A DNA stretch of 64,000 nucleotides, from assembly GCA_001803315.1 (NCBI GenBank), contig MHBQ01000059.1, positions 17,188-81,187 on the forward strand, read 5' to 3'. Below the pieces are notes generated by a model. It worked only from the letters and a program-made list of their open reading frames with translations. It did no database searches and had not been told where the DNA came from. Below, one piece after another: positions 33,201-42,940 of the stretch. The position numbers were made by a program, and so were the translations under genes. Origin of the DNA: Lentisphaerae bacterium RIFOXYC12_FULL_60_16 (GTDB lineage Bacteria > Verrucomicrobiota > Kiritimatiellia > UBA8416 > YA12-FULL-60-10). Within the stretch, counting starts at the first letter, position 1; each line of letters opens with the position of its first letter.

Positions 33201-33351
33201 GTGCGATTTCCTCGATCGGGACGGGCCGGAACGATTCCTGAATCCACAGGATTTGGTTGTAATCCAACGGCTCGACCGGTTCGCTCCCGGTCTTGGGCCC
33301 CTGCGCTTCCTCGGTTTTTATCCCTTGTTCGCGTCTACTTTGCTTACTCAT
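33166..33351 (-). CDS. Putative small protein (61 aa) between fhs and metF
   Basis: AAGGAGG RBS shortly upstream of ATG; same strand as the operon; 3' end overlaps the metF start. No family recognised. Confidence 0.45.
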   Translation of the reverse strand: MSKQSRREQGIKTEEAQGPKTGSEPVEPLDYNQILWIQESFRPVPIEEIARGDKQHVSGCA

Positions 33352-33470
33352 GGGCGCCCTCCTTCCGGCGTGAACCGGAACGGTTCGTTTTATCGGCATT
33401 TCCGCTCGTTCATCGAATGCGCGTCTTCCGTGTTCTCCCGATCGACCGCGGCGGCGCCCCGGGCGCCCCG

Positions 33471-35288
33471 TCAATACAGGCCTTTCACCTCGCCGGTTTC
33501 GACGTCCACGTCAATGTTGCGAAACGCCGGATTCGAAGCCGTGCCGGGCATGAGCTTGATGGCGCCCGCCACGGGCACCAGAAAGCCGGCGCCCCGGTAA
33601 ATCAGGATATCGCTGATCGGCAGCGTCCACCCCGTTGGACGGCCCTTCAACTCCGGGTCGTGCGAAAGGCTCAAGTGGGTCTTGACCATGCACGTTCCCA
33701 GATTCCACGTCGTGGAGTCCTGCTCGTATTGTTTCAGTTTCTCCAGCGCCGTGTCGGAATAGACGACGCCCGCGGCGCCATAAACATCCTTCGCGATTCG
33801 CGCAATGCGCTCCCGCAGCGGCGTATCCAATTCGTACAGATGCCGAAACCGGCTCGGCTTCCCGCAGGCGGCCACCACGGCTTCGGCCAGTTCCACGGCG
33901 CCATCCCCCCCCTTGAGCCAATGCTTCGACAGGGCGCACAGGGCGCCGTTCCGTTCCGCCACGGTCCGGACCAGGCGGATCTCTTCCGCCGTGTCCGTGT
34001 GGAAATGATTGATGCATACAACGGGGGTGATTCCGCTTTTCTTCACCGTTTCGATGTGCGCAATCAGGTTCTGGCACCCCGCCTCCACCAAGGCGCAATT
34101 TTCCTTGGTATAGGCCTCATCCAACGCCAGGCCGGGTCGGACACGGGGACCGCCCCCGTGCATTTTGAGCGCGCGGATCGTCGCCACAATCACCACGGCA
34201 TTGGGCGTGAGCCCCGAGGCGCGGCATTTCAGGTTCCAGAATTTTTCGAAGCCGATGTCCGCGCCGAATCCGCTTTCGGTCACCAGGTAGTCGCCCAGCC
34301 GAATGCCCAGTTCGTCGGCAATGACGGAACTCTGCCCGATCGCGATGTTGGCGAACGGCCCGGCATGGACGAAAACCGGTTGCCCCTCGATCGTCTGGAG
34401 AAGGCTGGGATTCAGCGCCTTGACCATCCAGGCGGTCATGGCGCCGTCCACTTCCAGATCCTGCGTGGTGACCTCGCGTCCCGACCGGTCGTAGGCCACC
34501 ACGATGCGCGCGATCCGCTGCCGCAAGTCGCGAAGATCCTTGGCGACGGCCAGGATGGCCATGACTTCGCTGGAAACCGTGATCTGGAAGCCGGAATCCA
34601 TTTCGAATCCGTCCATCTTCCCGCCTTTGCCGATCGTGATGTTCCGCAAAGCCTGCGCGCAGAAATCCATCACCCACTTCATCTGGACGCGCGCGGGATC
34701 GATGTCGAGCCGCCGCATGTTGGTGCCGGCCAACCGCGCATCGTCATAATTCGCTTCATGCTGCATGCGCGCGGTCAGGGCCACCATGGCGAGATTGTGG
34801 GCGTTGGCGATGGCGTCGATATCGCCCGTCAGACCGAGCGAGAAATCCGTGAGCGGCAGGCACTGCGCCAATCCTCCTCCCGCAGCCGAGCCCTTGACGT
34901 TGAACGTTGGCCCGCCGCTGGGTTGACGGATCGCTCCCACCACCTTTTTCCCGATCTTTCCCAATCCCTGCACCAGGCCCATCGTCGTGGTGGTTTTCCC
35001 CTCGCCCAACGGTGTCGGGGTGATCGCAGTCACATCGATGTATTTTCCCATGGGCGCTCCACGCAGGCGCGACGACGCCTTGGTGAAGTTCACCTTGCCC
35101 ACGTACCGGCCCAGGGGAATCATTTCCTCATCAAGCAACCCCAATTCATCCGCCAGGGTCACGAACGGCTTCATATGGGCTTCCGCGGCCTTGGCAATCT
35201 GCCAGTCCTTCATATGCAAGGGATCGAGCACGCGGTTCCGGGCGCCAGGCGCGGTTTTGCAATCCGTCGGAGCAATCTCAACAGGCAT
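33471..35288 (-). CDS. fhs: Formate-tetrahydrofolate ligase
   Basis: [63 protein letters not shown]. Confidence 0.98.
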   Translation of the reverse strand: MPVEIAPTDCKTAPGARNRVLDPLHMKDWQIAKAAEAHMKPFVTLADELGLLDEEMIPLGRYVGKVNFTKASSRLRGAPMGKYIDVTAITPTPLGEGKTTTTMGLVQGLGKIGKKVVGAIRQPSGGPTFNVKGSAAGGGLAQCLPLTDFSLGLTGDIDAIANAHNLAMVALTARMQHEANYDDARLAGTNMRRLDIDPARVQMKWVMDFCAQALRNITIGKGGKMDGFEMDSGFQITVSSEVMAILAVAKDLRDLRQRIARIVVAYDRSGREVTTQDLEVDGAMTAWMVKALNPSLLQTIEGQPVFVHAGPFANIAIGQSSVIADELGIRLGDYLVTESGFGADIGFEKFWNLKCRASGLTPNAVVIVATIRALKMHGGGPRVRPGLALDEAYTKENCALVEAGCQNLIAHIETVKKSGITPVVCINHFHTDTAEEIRLVRTVAERNGALCALSKHWLKGGDGAVELAEAVVAACGKPSRFRHLYELDTPLRERIARIAKDVYGAAGVVYSDTALEKLKQYEQDSTTWNLGTCMVKTHLSLSHDPELKGRPTGWTLPISDILIYRGAGFLVPVAGAIKLMPGTASNPAFRNIDVDVETGEVKGLY

Positions 35289-35395
35289 GGGCTTTCCTTT
35301 CCATTCCATTTCCGCGGCCGGAAACCTTCCCTACCGTTATGCCGCAGGATGATGCTGGACGACTTACCATGGATTCTGCTACTGTCTTCGGAGTG

Positions 35396-35425
35396 AATAT
35401 ACAACTACCACACTGTGGTGTCCAA
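35396..35425 (-). promoter_or_regulatory. Candidate sigma70 promoter of the fhs-WLP-atp run with a palindromic operator in the spacer
   Basis: Minus strand TTGGAC-N18-TATATT; the spacer contains ACCAC-AGT-GTGGT. Confidence 0.6.
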
Positions 35426-35620
35426 CATAAATAACGGGGGGGGTGCCACCCCCCCTTCGGTTATGGCCCCCTCCCAGGGGGCCCGCCCTGAGACAGGAAG
35501 AGGTGCCGGATGAGGAAACCCGACATGACAAATGAAGATTGTCGAGACGCGAGTACTCCGCTCGTGGTCGGGGATACCAGCGGGACACTTCCACCGCGGG
35601 GGGCGGCACAGAAACGGGAT

Positions 35621-36010
35621 ATGGACCGGGCGTCGACCGTCAAGCAGATCCGGGGCATCCTGGGGCGGACTCAAAACGAGCTGGCCACGGCGCTGGGAGT
35701 TTCCGAAAAGGCCGTTCAAAGCTACGAGCAGGGTTGGCGCGCGGTACCGGCCAGAGTGATGATCCAACTGCTTGTTTTGCTGGCGCTTTATCGAAAACAG
35801 ACCATGGACGATATCCCTTGCTGGGAAATTCGCAAGTGTCAGCCTGCTCAGCGCGACGCCTGCGCAAGCTTCACCGTTGGTCGTGGACAATTCTGCTGGC
35901 TGATTGGCTCCAAAACCTGCCGCCCCCCCACGAGCCAATCACACTCGCCCATTCTCCCCTGCATGGAATGCCCGGTTGTTAAGCGCCTTTTATCAGGTTG
36001 GAGATCCTAG
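35621..36010 (+). CDS. Xre-type HTH regulator with a C-terminal Cys-rich (CW...CW) domain
   Basis: TQNELA..LGVS..AV.SYEQG.R HTH; CWE..KC....C...CW....C...C..C. Start may be further upstream (35510/35525). Confidence 0.8.
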   Translation: MDRASTVKQIRGILGRTQNELATALGVSEKAVQSYEQGWRAVPARVMIQLLVLLALYRKQTMDDIPCWEIRKCQPAQRDACASFTVGRGQFCWLIGSKTCRPPTSQSHSPILPCMECPVVKRLLSGWRS

Positions 36011-36134
36011 GGCCAGGAAACCACCGCTACACCCTCTAGCCCCTCATTGGTTCACCTTGCGGTTTTTGAGATTGTTGGCGTACCATCACCCCATCATCTT
36101 CACGCCCTAACTTACCATAGGCCCGAGTTCGCTA

Positions 36135-36164
36135 TTGACCACCACGCGGTGGTGGTTTTATGAT
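36135..36164 (+). promoter_or_regulatory. Candidate sigma70 promoter with the same palindromic operator
   Basis: TTGACC-N18-TATGAT overlapping ACCACCAC-GCG-GTGGTGGT. Confidence 0.62.
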
Positions 36165-36353
36165 ACCCATGGATGGTTGTTACTAAGGAAAGGAAGTGAA
36201 GCCCGCACGTTCCGTGCGCGGAGGGGTGAACACACGACCTTGCACCGGTCACGGACGGGCTTTGTTCCTTGGCGGGACGGCGATAGGCGATGGGAGGCGT
36301 GAAGCAATTCCGCTCGGATAGACCTGTCTCAACACAGTGGGGAGAACCGTTCA

Positions 36354-36971
36354 ATGGCGCTCAAGCGATGTCCCGGCAGTGCTGCGTTCATGCAGCCGAA
36401 AATCGAACTGGTACGTTGTCCGCACTGCGGCAAGGATGCGGAGGTGTGGAGCGATGAGGCGGAGGGGAAGTGTACGGAATGCGGCCAATCCGTATGCCGA
36501 ACAACCACCCAGTCCTGTATCGACTGGTGTAAATACGCGCGCGAGTGCCTCGGGGACGAGGGACACAAAAAATATCAGGACATGAAGACCCGGTTGCGAA
36601 AAGAGGCCTTACTCAAGGCGGCGGAACGACATCTGGCTGATGAACGCGACCGGCTGACGACACGGGCCAGGGTCGAGTTTGCCGAGGGGATTCTCCGCCG
36701 GGAAACGGCAGCGGACCCCAACATCGTACTGGCGTGCGTCGCGTTGCTCGACGTGAGTCGCCGCGAACCCGCGCCATTCGCGGTCCCGCAAAAAGACGAG
36801 CCGCCTTCGGCCACGGTCGATATTCTTCACGAACTGGGCTATCCTGAAGGATTCGTCAGGGAGGTCAGCGGTATCCTGCGCCGCCTTCGCGAACCAGGCG
36901 ATCCCGACGGAATCAACCACCGCGTCGTGCGCGATGCGGATCTTCATTCGGGCAACGGCGCGGGCGCATGA
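36354..36971 (+). CDS. Cys-rich metal-binding protein with a degenerate HD-like C-terminal region
   Basis: CPG...CPHCG..E.W.DE...C..CG...C..WC..A..C.G; C-terminal ALLD in place of LHD, and V.DAD. Confidence 0.65.
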   Translation: MALKRCPGSAAFMQPKIELVRCPHCGKDAEVWSDEAEGKCTECGQSVCRTTTQSCIDWCKYARECLGDEGHKKYQDMKTRLRKEALLKAAERHLADERDRLTTRARVEFAEGILRRETAADPNIVLACVALLDVSRREPAPFAVPQKDEPPSATVDILHELGYPEGFVREVSGILRRLREPGDPDGINHRVVRDADLHSGNGAGA

Positions 36972-37103
36972 CACACAACCAGGAAAGTACAACCATCGCC
37001 ATCTTCGTAGGAATATCCCATATCGTCATCCACCGGCAGATGGAATGATTTTTCCCGGGTGGCCAAGTATGCTTAAACCGTCCGTTTGGCACGGGTGGCA
37101 AAA

Positions 37104-37553
37104 ATGATTCAAAAACCGAACCGCATACATACCATCCTCGTTGTCGATGACGACCCGGAAGAACTGGCGTCCACCTGCGCCGTGCTGGGCGCCCGGTACC
37201 CGGTCCTGGCTGCGACCAACGGGAAGGATGCCTTGAATACCGCCCGCATGGCGCATCCCTCTGCGATCGTCCTGGATGTCATGATGCCGGACGGAAAAAA
37301 CGGGTTTTCCGTTTTCTTCGAATTGAACAAGGACCCGGCCACCCACGGCATCCCGGTGATTTTCCTGACCCATGTCAATCAATCCACCGGCCTCCCATTC
37401 GGATCGGCTGAAATGGAACCCTATCTCGGGTGCAGACCCGCCGCCTTCCTGGAAAAACCCGTCGAGGATGCACAACTCCTGTTCACCGTGGAAACGGTTC
37501 TTTCGCAGGCTGGACGGAATGCCAGGATCGATCCTTTATGCAAAAACCCGTAA
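37104..37553 (+). CDS. Stand-alone response regulator receiver domain
   Basis: VVDDD, LDVMMP, IPVIFLT, FLEKP. Confidence 0.88.
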   Translation: MIQKPNRIHTILVVDDDPEELASTCAVLGARYPVLAATNGKDALNTARMAHPSAIVLDVMMPDGKNGFSVFFELNKDPATHGIPVIFLTHVNQSTGLPFGSAEMEPYLGCRPAAFLEKPVEDAQLLFTVETVLSQAGRNARIDPLCKNP

Positions 37554-37555
37554 AT

Positions 37556-37853
37556 ATGTTCTATCGCTCCGACAACGCACGATCGCGTAGGGTCTGGATC
37601 GAAGACCAATGGGTTCGACGTGCAGAATATGCGACGGGCGAAGTCAACGGCAAGGACCTGGAAACGTACTACGCCACCATCGCCTGCAACCTGGGCGACT
37701 CCTTCCGGGCTGTCGTCCGGCATGACGTATTGGACCCGAACACCGACACGGAAGCACAACGCGAAGCTGGCCTTGAACTACGTGGCACGGGGAGAAGAAG
37801 GCGCCTCCGTGGATAATGACATCGTCAGGGCCCTGGCCCAGATCAGTTTCTAG
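37556..37853 (+). pseudogene. Possible frameshifted gene remnant of unknown family
   Basis: Protein-like sequence in one frame (37556-~37755) appears to continue in the next frame to a stop at 37853. Confidence 0.25.
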
Positions 37854-37949
37854 TTTACAAACCTGCAGCCGTTACGGACAATTACGATCCGCCGCAACGA
37901 CTGCCCGTTGACAGTATGGAAATACGAAGTTAAAAACGTAAAATAGAAG

Positions 37950-38087
37950 TCTCCGAGCCCCTGGCGCCTAACGGTCGCCCACGGCACAGGGGCCGCAGGG
38001 TGCGGGCGGAAACGCCCGCGCCTCCCCGCGGAGGTTCTGCCGCTGATACACGGTGTAGCGGTCAGAACACTTGCATTGGAAAGGAGA
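37950..38087 (+). ncRNA. Moco RNA motif (molybdenum/tungsten cofactor riboswitch), P3-less variant
   Basis: CTCCGAGC...CCTAA...GGCCG-CAGGG, GAAA-tetraloop stem (GCGGGCG-GAAA-CGCCCGC), GCCTCCC...TTGGAAAGGAG closing P1 over the RBS of moeA; TTGACA at 37908. Confidence 0.82.
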
Positions 38088-38091
38088 TGGT

Positions 38092-39303
38092 ATGGTTGAC
38101 CCCGATTACGCCTGGCGTAAGATCGTGGCGAGCGTGACGCCTTTGCCGTCCGCGCCGCGCGCGTACGACCAGTGCCTGTTTCACTATCTTGCGCAACCGG
38201 TTCTTGCCGATCGGGATATACCCGCCGCCGATCGGTCCGCCATGGACGGCTATGCCGTGCACGCGGATGACGTGGCGTCCGCGCCGGCGAGCCTGCGTGT
38301 CGTGGGCGAGGTTGCTGCAGGCTCCCCTGCCCAGCCTGTGTTGGCCCCCGGCGAGTGTGTCCGCATTTTCACCGGCGCCAATGTTCCTCCCGACGCCGAT
38401 GCCGTCGTCATGGTCGAGGATACCGAGGCAACGGCCGGCGACGCGGTGACGATCCTGAACCCGGTTTCACGGGGACGGAACATCCTGCGGCGCGGCGAGA
38501 ATGCGCGCCGGGGGGCCATCTTGCTTCGATCGGGCGTCCTGCTCGACGCCACCGCCCTGGCGGTGTGCGCCGCGGCGGGTTGCGCCGATCCGCGTGTGCA
38601 TGCGCGACCGCGGATCACGGTCATCACCACCGGGGCGGAACTGAAGGCGCCCTCGGAAACCGTCGGCATCCATGAGATCCGCGATTCCAACGGTCCGATG
38701 CTCACGGCGGCCATTGCCGAACAGGGGTTCGGTTCCGCTGTCTGGATTTGCGTGCCGGATGACCACGCGAAACTCCTCGCGTCCCTGCGCCGGGCATTGG
38801 AAGACCATGACGTGGTGCTCGTCACCGGTGGCGTCTCCGTCGGGAAGTACGACCTGGTTCCCGACATCATCCGGGAAGCCGGCGCCACGGTCCATTATCA
38901 CGGTGTGGCAATGAAACCCGGCAAACCCCAGCTTTTCGCCACGGTCGAAAACGGCCGGTGCATCTTCGGGCTCCCCGGCAATCCTTTGAGTGTCCTGACG
39001 GGTTTTCATGAATTCGCGCTTCCCACCTTGCGCTATCTCGCGGGATGCCCGGAAGCGGACTGCCACCGCCTTCTGCGACTCCCGTTGTTCGCCGGGGTGA
39101 CCACCAGGGGGCGACAGCGTCACTACCTGCTGGGGCGCCTGGCGCATACCGGCGCCGGAACGGTCGTGGACCCTGTCGCGAACGCGGGATCCGCCGATCT
39201 CGTGGCGGGCAGCCGCGCGGATGGGATGATCATTGTCCCGGCAGGAACGTCGGATATCCCGGCCGGGACCTGCGTGGATTTTCGCCCCTGGAGGTTGCTG
39301 TGA
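38092..39303 (+). CDS. moeA: Molybdopterin molybdotransferase
   Basis: SAMDGYAV, RIFTGA.VP..ADAVVMVE, IRDSN, TGGVSVGKYD, KPGKP, GLPGNP. Confidence 0.95.
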   Translation: MVDPDYAWRKIVASVTPLPSAPRAYDQCLFHYLAQPVLADRDIPAADRSAMDGYAVHADDVASAPASLRVVGEVAAGSPAQPVLAPGECVRIFTGANVPPDADAVVMVEDTEATAGDAVTILNPVSRGRNILRRGENARRGAILLRSGVLLDATALAVCAAAGCADPRVHARPRITVITTGAELKAPSETVGIHEIRDSNGPMLTAAIAEQGFGSAVWICVPDDHAKLLASLRRALEDHDVVLVTGGVSVGKYDLVPDIIREAGATVHYHGVAMKPGKPQLFATVENGRCIFGLPGNPLSVLTGFHEFALPTLRYLAGCPEADCHRLLRLPLFAGVTTRGRQRHYLLGRLAHTGAGTVVDPVANAGSADLVAGSRADGMIIVPAGTSDIPAGTCVDFRPWRLL

Positions 39304-40265
39304 TCGCCGTCCCCACGCCACGCGGGTTGTCCCTGCGGATATCGGTCACCGACCGCTGTCAATTGCGGTGCCGGTACTGCATGCCGCCTGAAGGCATTCC
39401 GCTTTGCGGCCGGGAGGCGATTCTCACGTACGAAGACATTGTCGCGCTGGTCGTCTGCCTCCGGGACGAATTCGGTTTGGCCAAGGTCCGGATCACCGGA
39501 GGGGAACCCCTGGTGCGTCCCGGTATCGAACGGTTGATCGGCAGGCTCACGGACCTTGGCATCCCGGATCTTGCGCTCACCACCAACGGGCTGCGCCTGG
39601 CGGAACTGGCGCCGGTTCTCAAACAGGCCGGCCTGCGCCGGGTAAACGTCAGCCTGGATTCCCTGTCGCCGGAGACCTTCCGCCGCCTGACCGGGGGCGG
39701 AGACCTGCAAGCCGTTCAGGCGGGAATCGTCGCGGCGTTGGACGCGGGATTGCGCCCCGTGAAACTGAATGCCGTTCTCATCCGGGGAATCAACGATGCG
39801 GAAGCGGATCATCTTCTGGATTTCGCCATCGATCACGATTGCGAACTGCGTTTTATCGAGCTCATGCCGATCGGTCCGGGCGCCCGGCTTCTCCCGGATG
39901 GATTCCTGTCGTCGGATGCCGTGCGGCGGCGGTTGGGGGCGCATTTCACGCTCACCCCCATCGCTTCGGAAACCGGGTCGTCCGCCCGACGCTATGGCGT
40001 GGTCAACACGGAAGGAAATCGGGGCGCCGTGGGGTTCATTTCGTCCTGCAGCGCTCCGTTCTGTGCTGAATGCTCACGTTTGCGCGTGACGGCGGACGGG
40101 CGGTTGATCGGATGTCTGGCCAGGGACGGCGGCATTCCGATCCGCGGGATGTTGCGGGCCGGCGACGCGAAAGCCATCGGCCGGTCCACGCGCCAGGTCC
40201 TGAAGGGAAAAACCGCGGACCGGAATTTCGAACAGCGGATGGCGATGGCTTCGATCGGCGGGTAA
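39300..40265 (+). CDS. moaA: GTP 3',8-cyclase
   Basis: LRISVTDRCQLRCRYC, RITGGEPL, FC..C.RLR..ADG...CL, C-terminal IGG. Confidence 0.95.
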   Translation: MIAVPTPRGLSLRISVTDRCQLRCRYCMPPEGIPLCGREAILTYEDIVALVVCLRDEFGLAKVRITGGEPLVRPGIERLIGRLTDLGIPDLALTTNGLRLAELAPVLKQAGLRRVNVSLDSLSPETFRRLTGGGDLQAVQAGIVAALDAGLRPVKLNAVLIRGINDAEADHLLDFAIDHDCELRFIELMPIGPGARLLPDGFLSSDAVRRRLGAHFTLTPIASETGSSARRYGVVNTEGNRGAVGFISSCSAPFCAECSRLRVTADGRLIGCLARDGGIPIRGMLRAGDAKAIGRSTRQVLKGKTADRNFEQRMAMASIGG

Positions 40266-40284
40266 ACAAACGTAACCGGATCCC

Positions 40285-41439
40285 ATGTTGGAAAAGACCT
40301 TACAATTCAACCGGAACGAATTCGCCGGCGCGTTCGGCGATATCGGCACCGATATTCCCCTGATTATCGGTATGATTCTGGCCTCGGGCATGGATGCGGC
40401 ATCCGTGCTGACGATCTTCGGTTCGATGCAGATAGTGTCCGGCCTCGTGTACCGGATCCCCATGCCGATACAGCCGTTGAAGGCGGTGGCGGCGCTCGTG
40501 ATTGCCCAGCGGCTTCCCGCCCCCCTCGTCTTCGGCGGCGGACTGGCCATCGGCCTGGTCATGTTTCCCCTGGCTGCCTTTGGCCTGCTCGACCGGCTGG
40601 CCGCGATCATCCCAAAATCCGTCGTGCGCGGCATTCAACTCGGTCTGGGGCTGACGCTGTGCAGGCTGGCGCTCGGCAACTACGTGCTCGCGGACGGGGT
40701 GCCGGGGTATATCCTTGCCGGGGCAAGTGCCATCCTTATTTTCTGGCTGCTCGGGCATCGCAAATACCCGCCGGCGCTCGGCGTTGTCCTGCTCGGTCTG
40801 ATCTACGCGTTTGCCTTCAATCCCGTCGCGCTTCGGTCATGGGCAGGATTCGAACTCGCGTTGCCCAAACCCCACCTCCCGCTCCCCCGCGACATCCTGC
40901 AGGGATTCCTCCTGCTGGCGCTTCCACAGATTCCCCTTTCACTCGGCAACTCCATCTTTGCCACCGAACGGATGGCCCGCGACTGGTTCCCCGAGCGTAA
41001 GATTACCTTCCGCAAGATCGGGCTCACCTATTCGCTCATGAACCTGACGGCTCCGTTCTTCAGCGGAATCCCCGTCTGCCACGGCGCCGGCGGAATGGCC
41101 GGCCACTGCGCGTTCGGCGCCCGTACCGGCGGTTCCGTGATCATCTACGGCGCGGCATTCCTCCTCGCGGGTTTGTTCTTCAGCACCGGTTTCGACCAAC
41201 TGATACACGCCTTCCCGTCATCCGTTCTCGGGGTCATTCTCTTTTTCGAGGGGCTGACGCTGATGCGCTTCCTGCGCGACACGGCGCAAACCGAACGGGA
41301 CCTTGCCATCGCCTTGCTGGTGGGCGCTTTGGCGGCCTTCCTTCCCAACGGTTTTTTGATCGGAATGATTGTCGGCACCCTGGTGGCATTTCTATCCGGA
41401 AAGCATGATATCGGTTTCACCAAAGAAGTTCTGCGATAA
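40285..41439 (+). CDS. MOT1-family molybdate/sulfate transporter
   Basis: E.AGAFGD.GT, P.P.QP.KA, VVRGIQLGLG, PQ.PL.LGN, CHGAGG.AG...FGAR.G. Confidence 0.88.
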   Translation: MLEKTLQFNRNEFAGAFGDIGTDIPLIIGMILASGMDAASVLTIFGSMQIVSGLVYRIPMPIQPLKAVAALVIAQRLPAPLVFGGGLAIGLVMFPLAAFGLLDRLAAIIPKSVVRGIQLGLGLTLCRLALGNYVLADGVPGYILAGASAILIFWLLGHRKYPPALGVVLLGLIYAFAFNPVALRSWAGFELALPKPHLPLPRDILQGFLLLALPQIPLSLGNSIFATERMARDWFPERKITFRKIGLTYSLMNLTAPFFSGIPVCHGAGGMAGHCAFGARTGGSVIIYGAAFLLAGLFFSTGFDQLIHAFPSSVLGVILFFEGLTLMRFLRDTAQTERDLAIALLVGALAAFLPNGFLIGMIVGTLVAFLSGKHDIGFTKEVLR

Positions 41440-41469
41440 CCTTACGCGCGAAACAGGAAGGAAAGCGGC

Positions 41470-41958
41470 ATGTCGGCATTACGAGCATTGTCCCATCTCT
41501 CACCGGACGGTCGGGCACGGATGGTGGATGTCGGGCGAAAGCGGCCAACCGTCCGCATGGCCCGCGCCGTGGCCACGGTAAAACTCGGAACCCGGATTGC
41601 CGCCGTTCTGGCGGAAACCGGCGCCTGGGGCAAGGGTAACGTGGTCGAGACCGCCCGCCTCGCCGGCATCATGGCGGCCAAGCGCACCGCCGAGCTGATT
41701 CCGCTCTGTCATACCATCCCGCTCGATGTCGTCGACGTCCGGATCTCGCCCGGCGCGGCGTCCCTGCGCGTCGAGTCGTTCGTGCGGGCCCGGCACGTGA
41801 CCGGCGTTGAAATGGAAGCCCTCACCGCCGCCGCGGTTGCCGCCCTTACAATTTACGACATGTGCAAGGCGGCCGACAAGGGGATCGTGATCGAACAGGT
41901 CCGGCTGCTGGAGAAAACCGGTGGCAAATCGGGCGACTGGAGCGCTGACGCATCATGA
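41470..41958 (+). CDS. moaC: Cyclic pyranopterin monophosphate synthase
   Basis: [27 protein letters not shown]. Confidence 0.96.
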   Translation: MSALRALSHLSPDGRARMVDVGRKRPTVRMARAVATVKLGTRIAAVLAETGAWGKGNVVETARLAGIMAAKRTAELIPLCHTIPLDVVDVRISPGAASLRVESFVRARHVTGVEMEALTAAAVAALTIYDMCKAADKGIVIEQVRLLEKTGGKSGDWSADAS

Positions 41959-42932
41959 CAACCGGAACGGTAGCGGCGGTTTGCATCAGCGAAAAGAAGG
42001 GCGAGCGAAAACACGCCGCGCCATCCGCCCGGCTGCTCGCGAATCACGGCATCGAAGGCGACGCCCATGCCGGCCCCTGGCACCGGCAGGTCAGCCTGCT
42101 GGACGCCGGCGATGTCGCGGCCATGCGCCGCCAGGGACTGCCGGACCTGAAAGCCGGCGATTTCGCGGAAAACCTTGTCGTCTCCGGGCTTAACCTGGGA
42201 GCGCTGGGCCTGGGCAGCAGGCTCCGGATCGGGGAAAAAGCGGAACTCGTCGTGACGCAGATCGGCAAGGTTTGCCATGCGCGTTGCGCCATCTATCACC
42301 AGACCGGCGACTGCATCATGCCGCGACTCGGCCTCTTCGCGCGGGTCATCGCGGGCGGCACGATCGCTCCCGGCGCCCCCGTCGCGATCCTGGAGACCAT
42401 TCCGCGCGCGACGTTCCAAGCCGTGGTTCTGACCATCAGCGACCGATGCTCCCGCGGCCAGGCAACGGACACGGCGGGTCCGGCGGTGGCGGAACGGTTG
42501 AACACGGCCCTCAAGGCGCATATCTATGCGACCCGCATCCTTCCGGACGAAAAGCCCGAAATCGAAACCGCCTTGCGCCACTTCGCCGACGGCCATTCGA
42601 TCGATCTCGTGCTCGCCGTGGGGGGGACAGGCTTCGCGCCGCGCGACGTCACGCCCGAAGCGGTGCGGGCGGTGGTCACGCGGCTTACGCCCGGCCTGGA
42701 CGAAACCATGCGCCGTGCCTCCTCGGAGAAGACACCCCACGCGATGCTTTCGCGCGCGGTGTCGGGCATGCTGGGCTCCACGCTGATCGTCAGCCTGCCG
42801 GGTTCCAAGCGGGCGGCAGTCGAGAACCTGGATGCTGTTCTGCCCGCTCTCGGACACGGCCTGGCGAAACTGCGCGGCGATCCCGGGGACTGCGGAAGAC
42901 CGGAGAGAGGAACCGCGAATGGACACGAATGA
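41955..42932 (+). CDS. MOSC domain fused to a MogA/MoaB molybdopterin adenylyltransferase
   Basis: GDAHAG.WHRQVSLL, F.EN, QIGK.CH..C...GDCIMP; then ISDR, GGTGFAPRDVTPEA, LPGS. Confidence 0.9.
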   Translation: MTTGTVAAVCISEKKGERKHAAPSARLLANHGIEGDAHAGPWHRQVSLLDAGDVAAMRRQGLPDLKAGDFAENLVVSGLNLGALGLGSRLRIGEKAELVVTQIGKVCHARCAIYHQTGDCIMPRLGLFARVIAGGTIAPGAPVAILETIPRATFQAVVLTISDRCSRGQATDTAGPAVAERLNTALKAHIYATRILPDEKPEIETALRHFADGHSIDLVLAVGGTGFAPRDVTPEAVRAVVTRLTPGLDETMRRASSEKTPHAMLSRAVSGMLGSTLIVSLPGSKRAAVENLDAVLPALGHGLAKLRGDPGDCGRPERGTANGHE

Positions 42933-42940
42933 ACGCGAAT
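42911..42940. repeat. Left 30-bp inverted repeat (three 10-bp units) flanking the GxxExxY gene
   Basis: AACCGCGAATGGACACGAATGAACGCGAAT; 28/30 match to the reverse complement of 43348-43377. Confidence 0.85.

Noticed and set aside
35436..35484. G8/C7 hairpin and adjacent GC hairpin as a terminator or phase-variable tract
   Set aside because: They lie in a divergent promoter region with no U-tract and outside a confident coding region; function cannot be supported.
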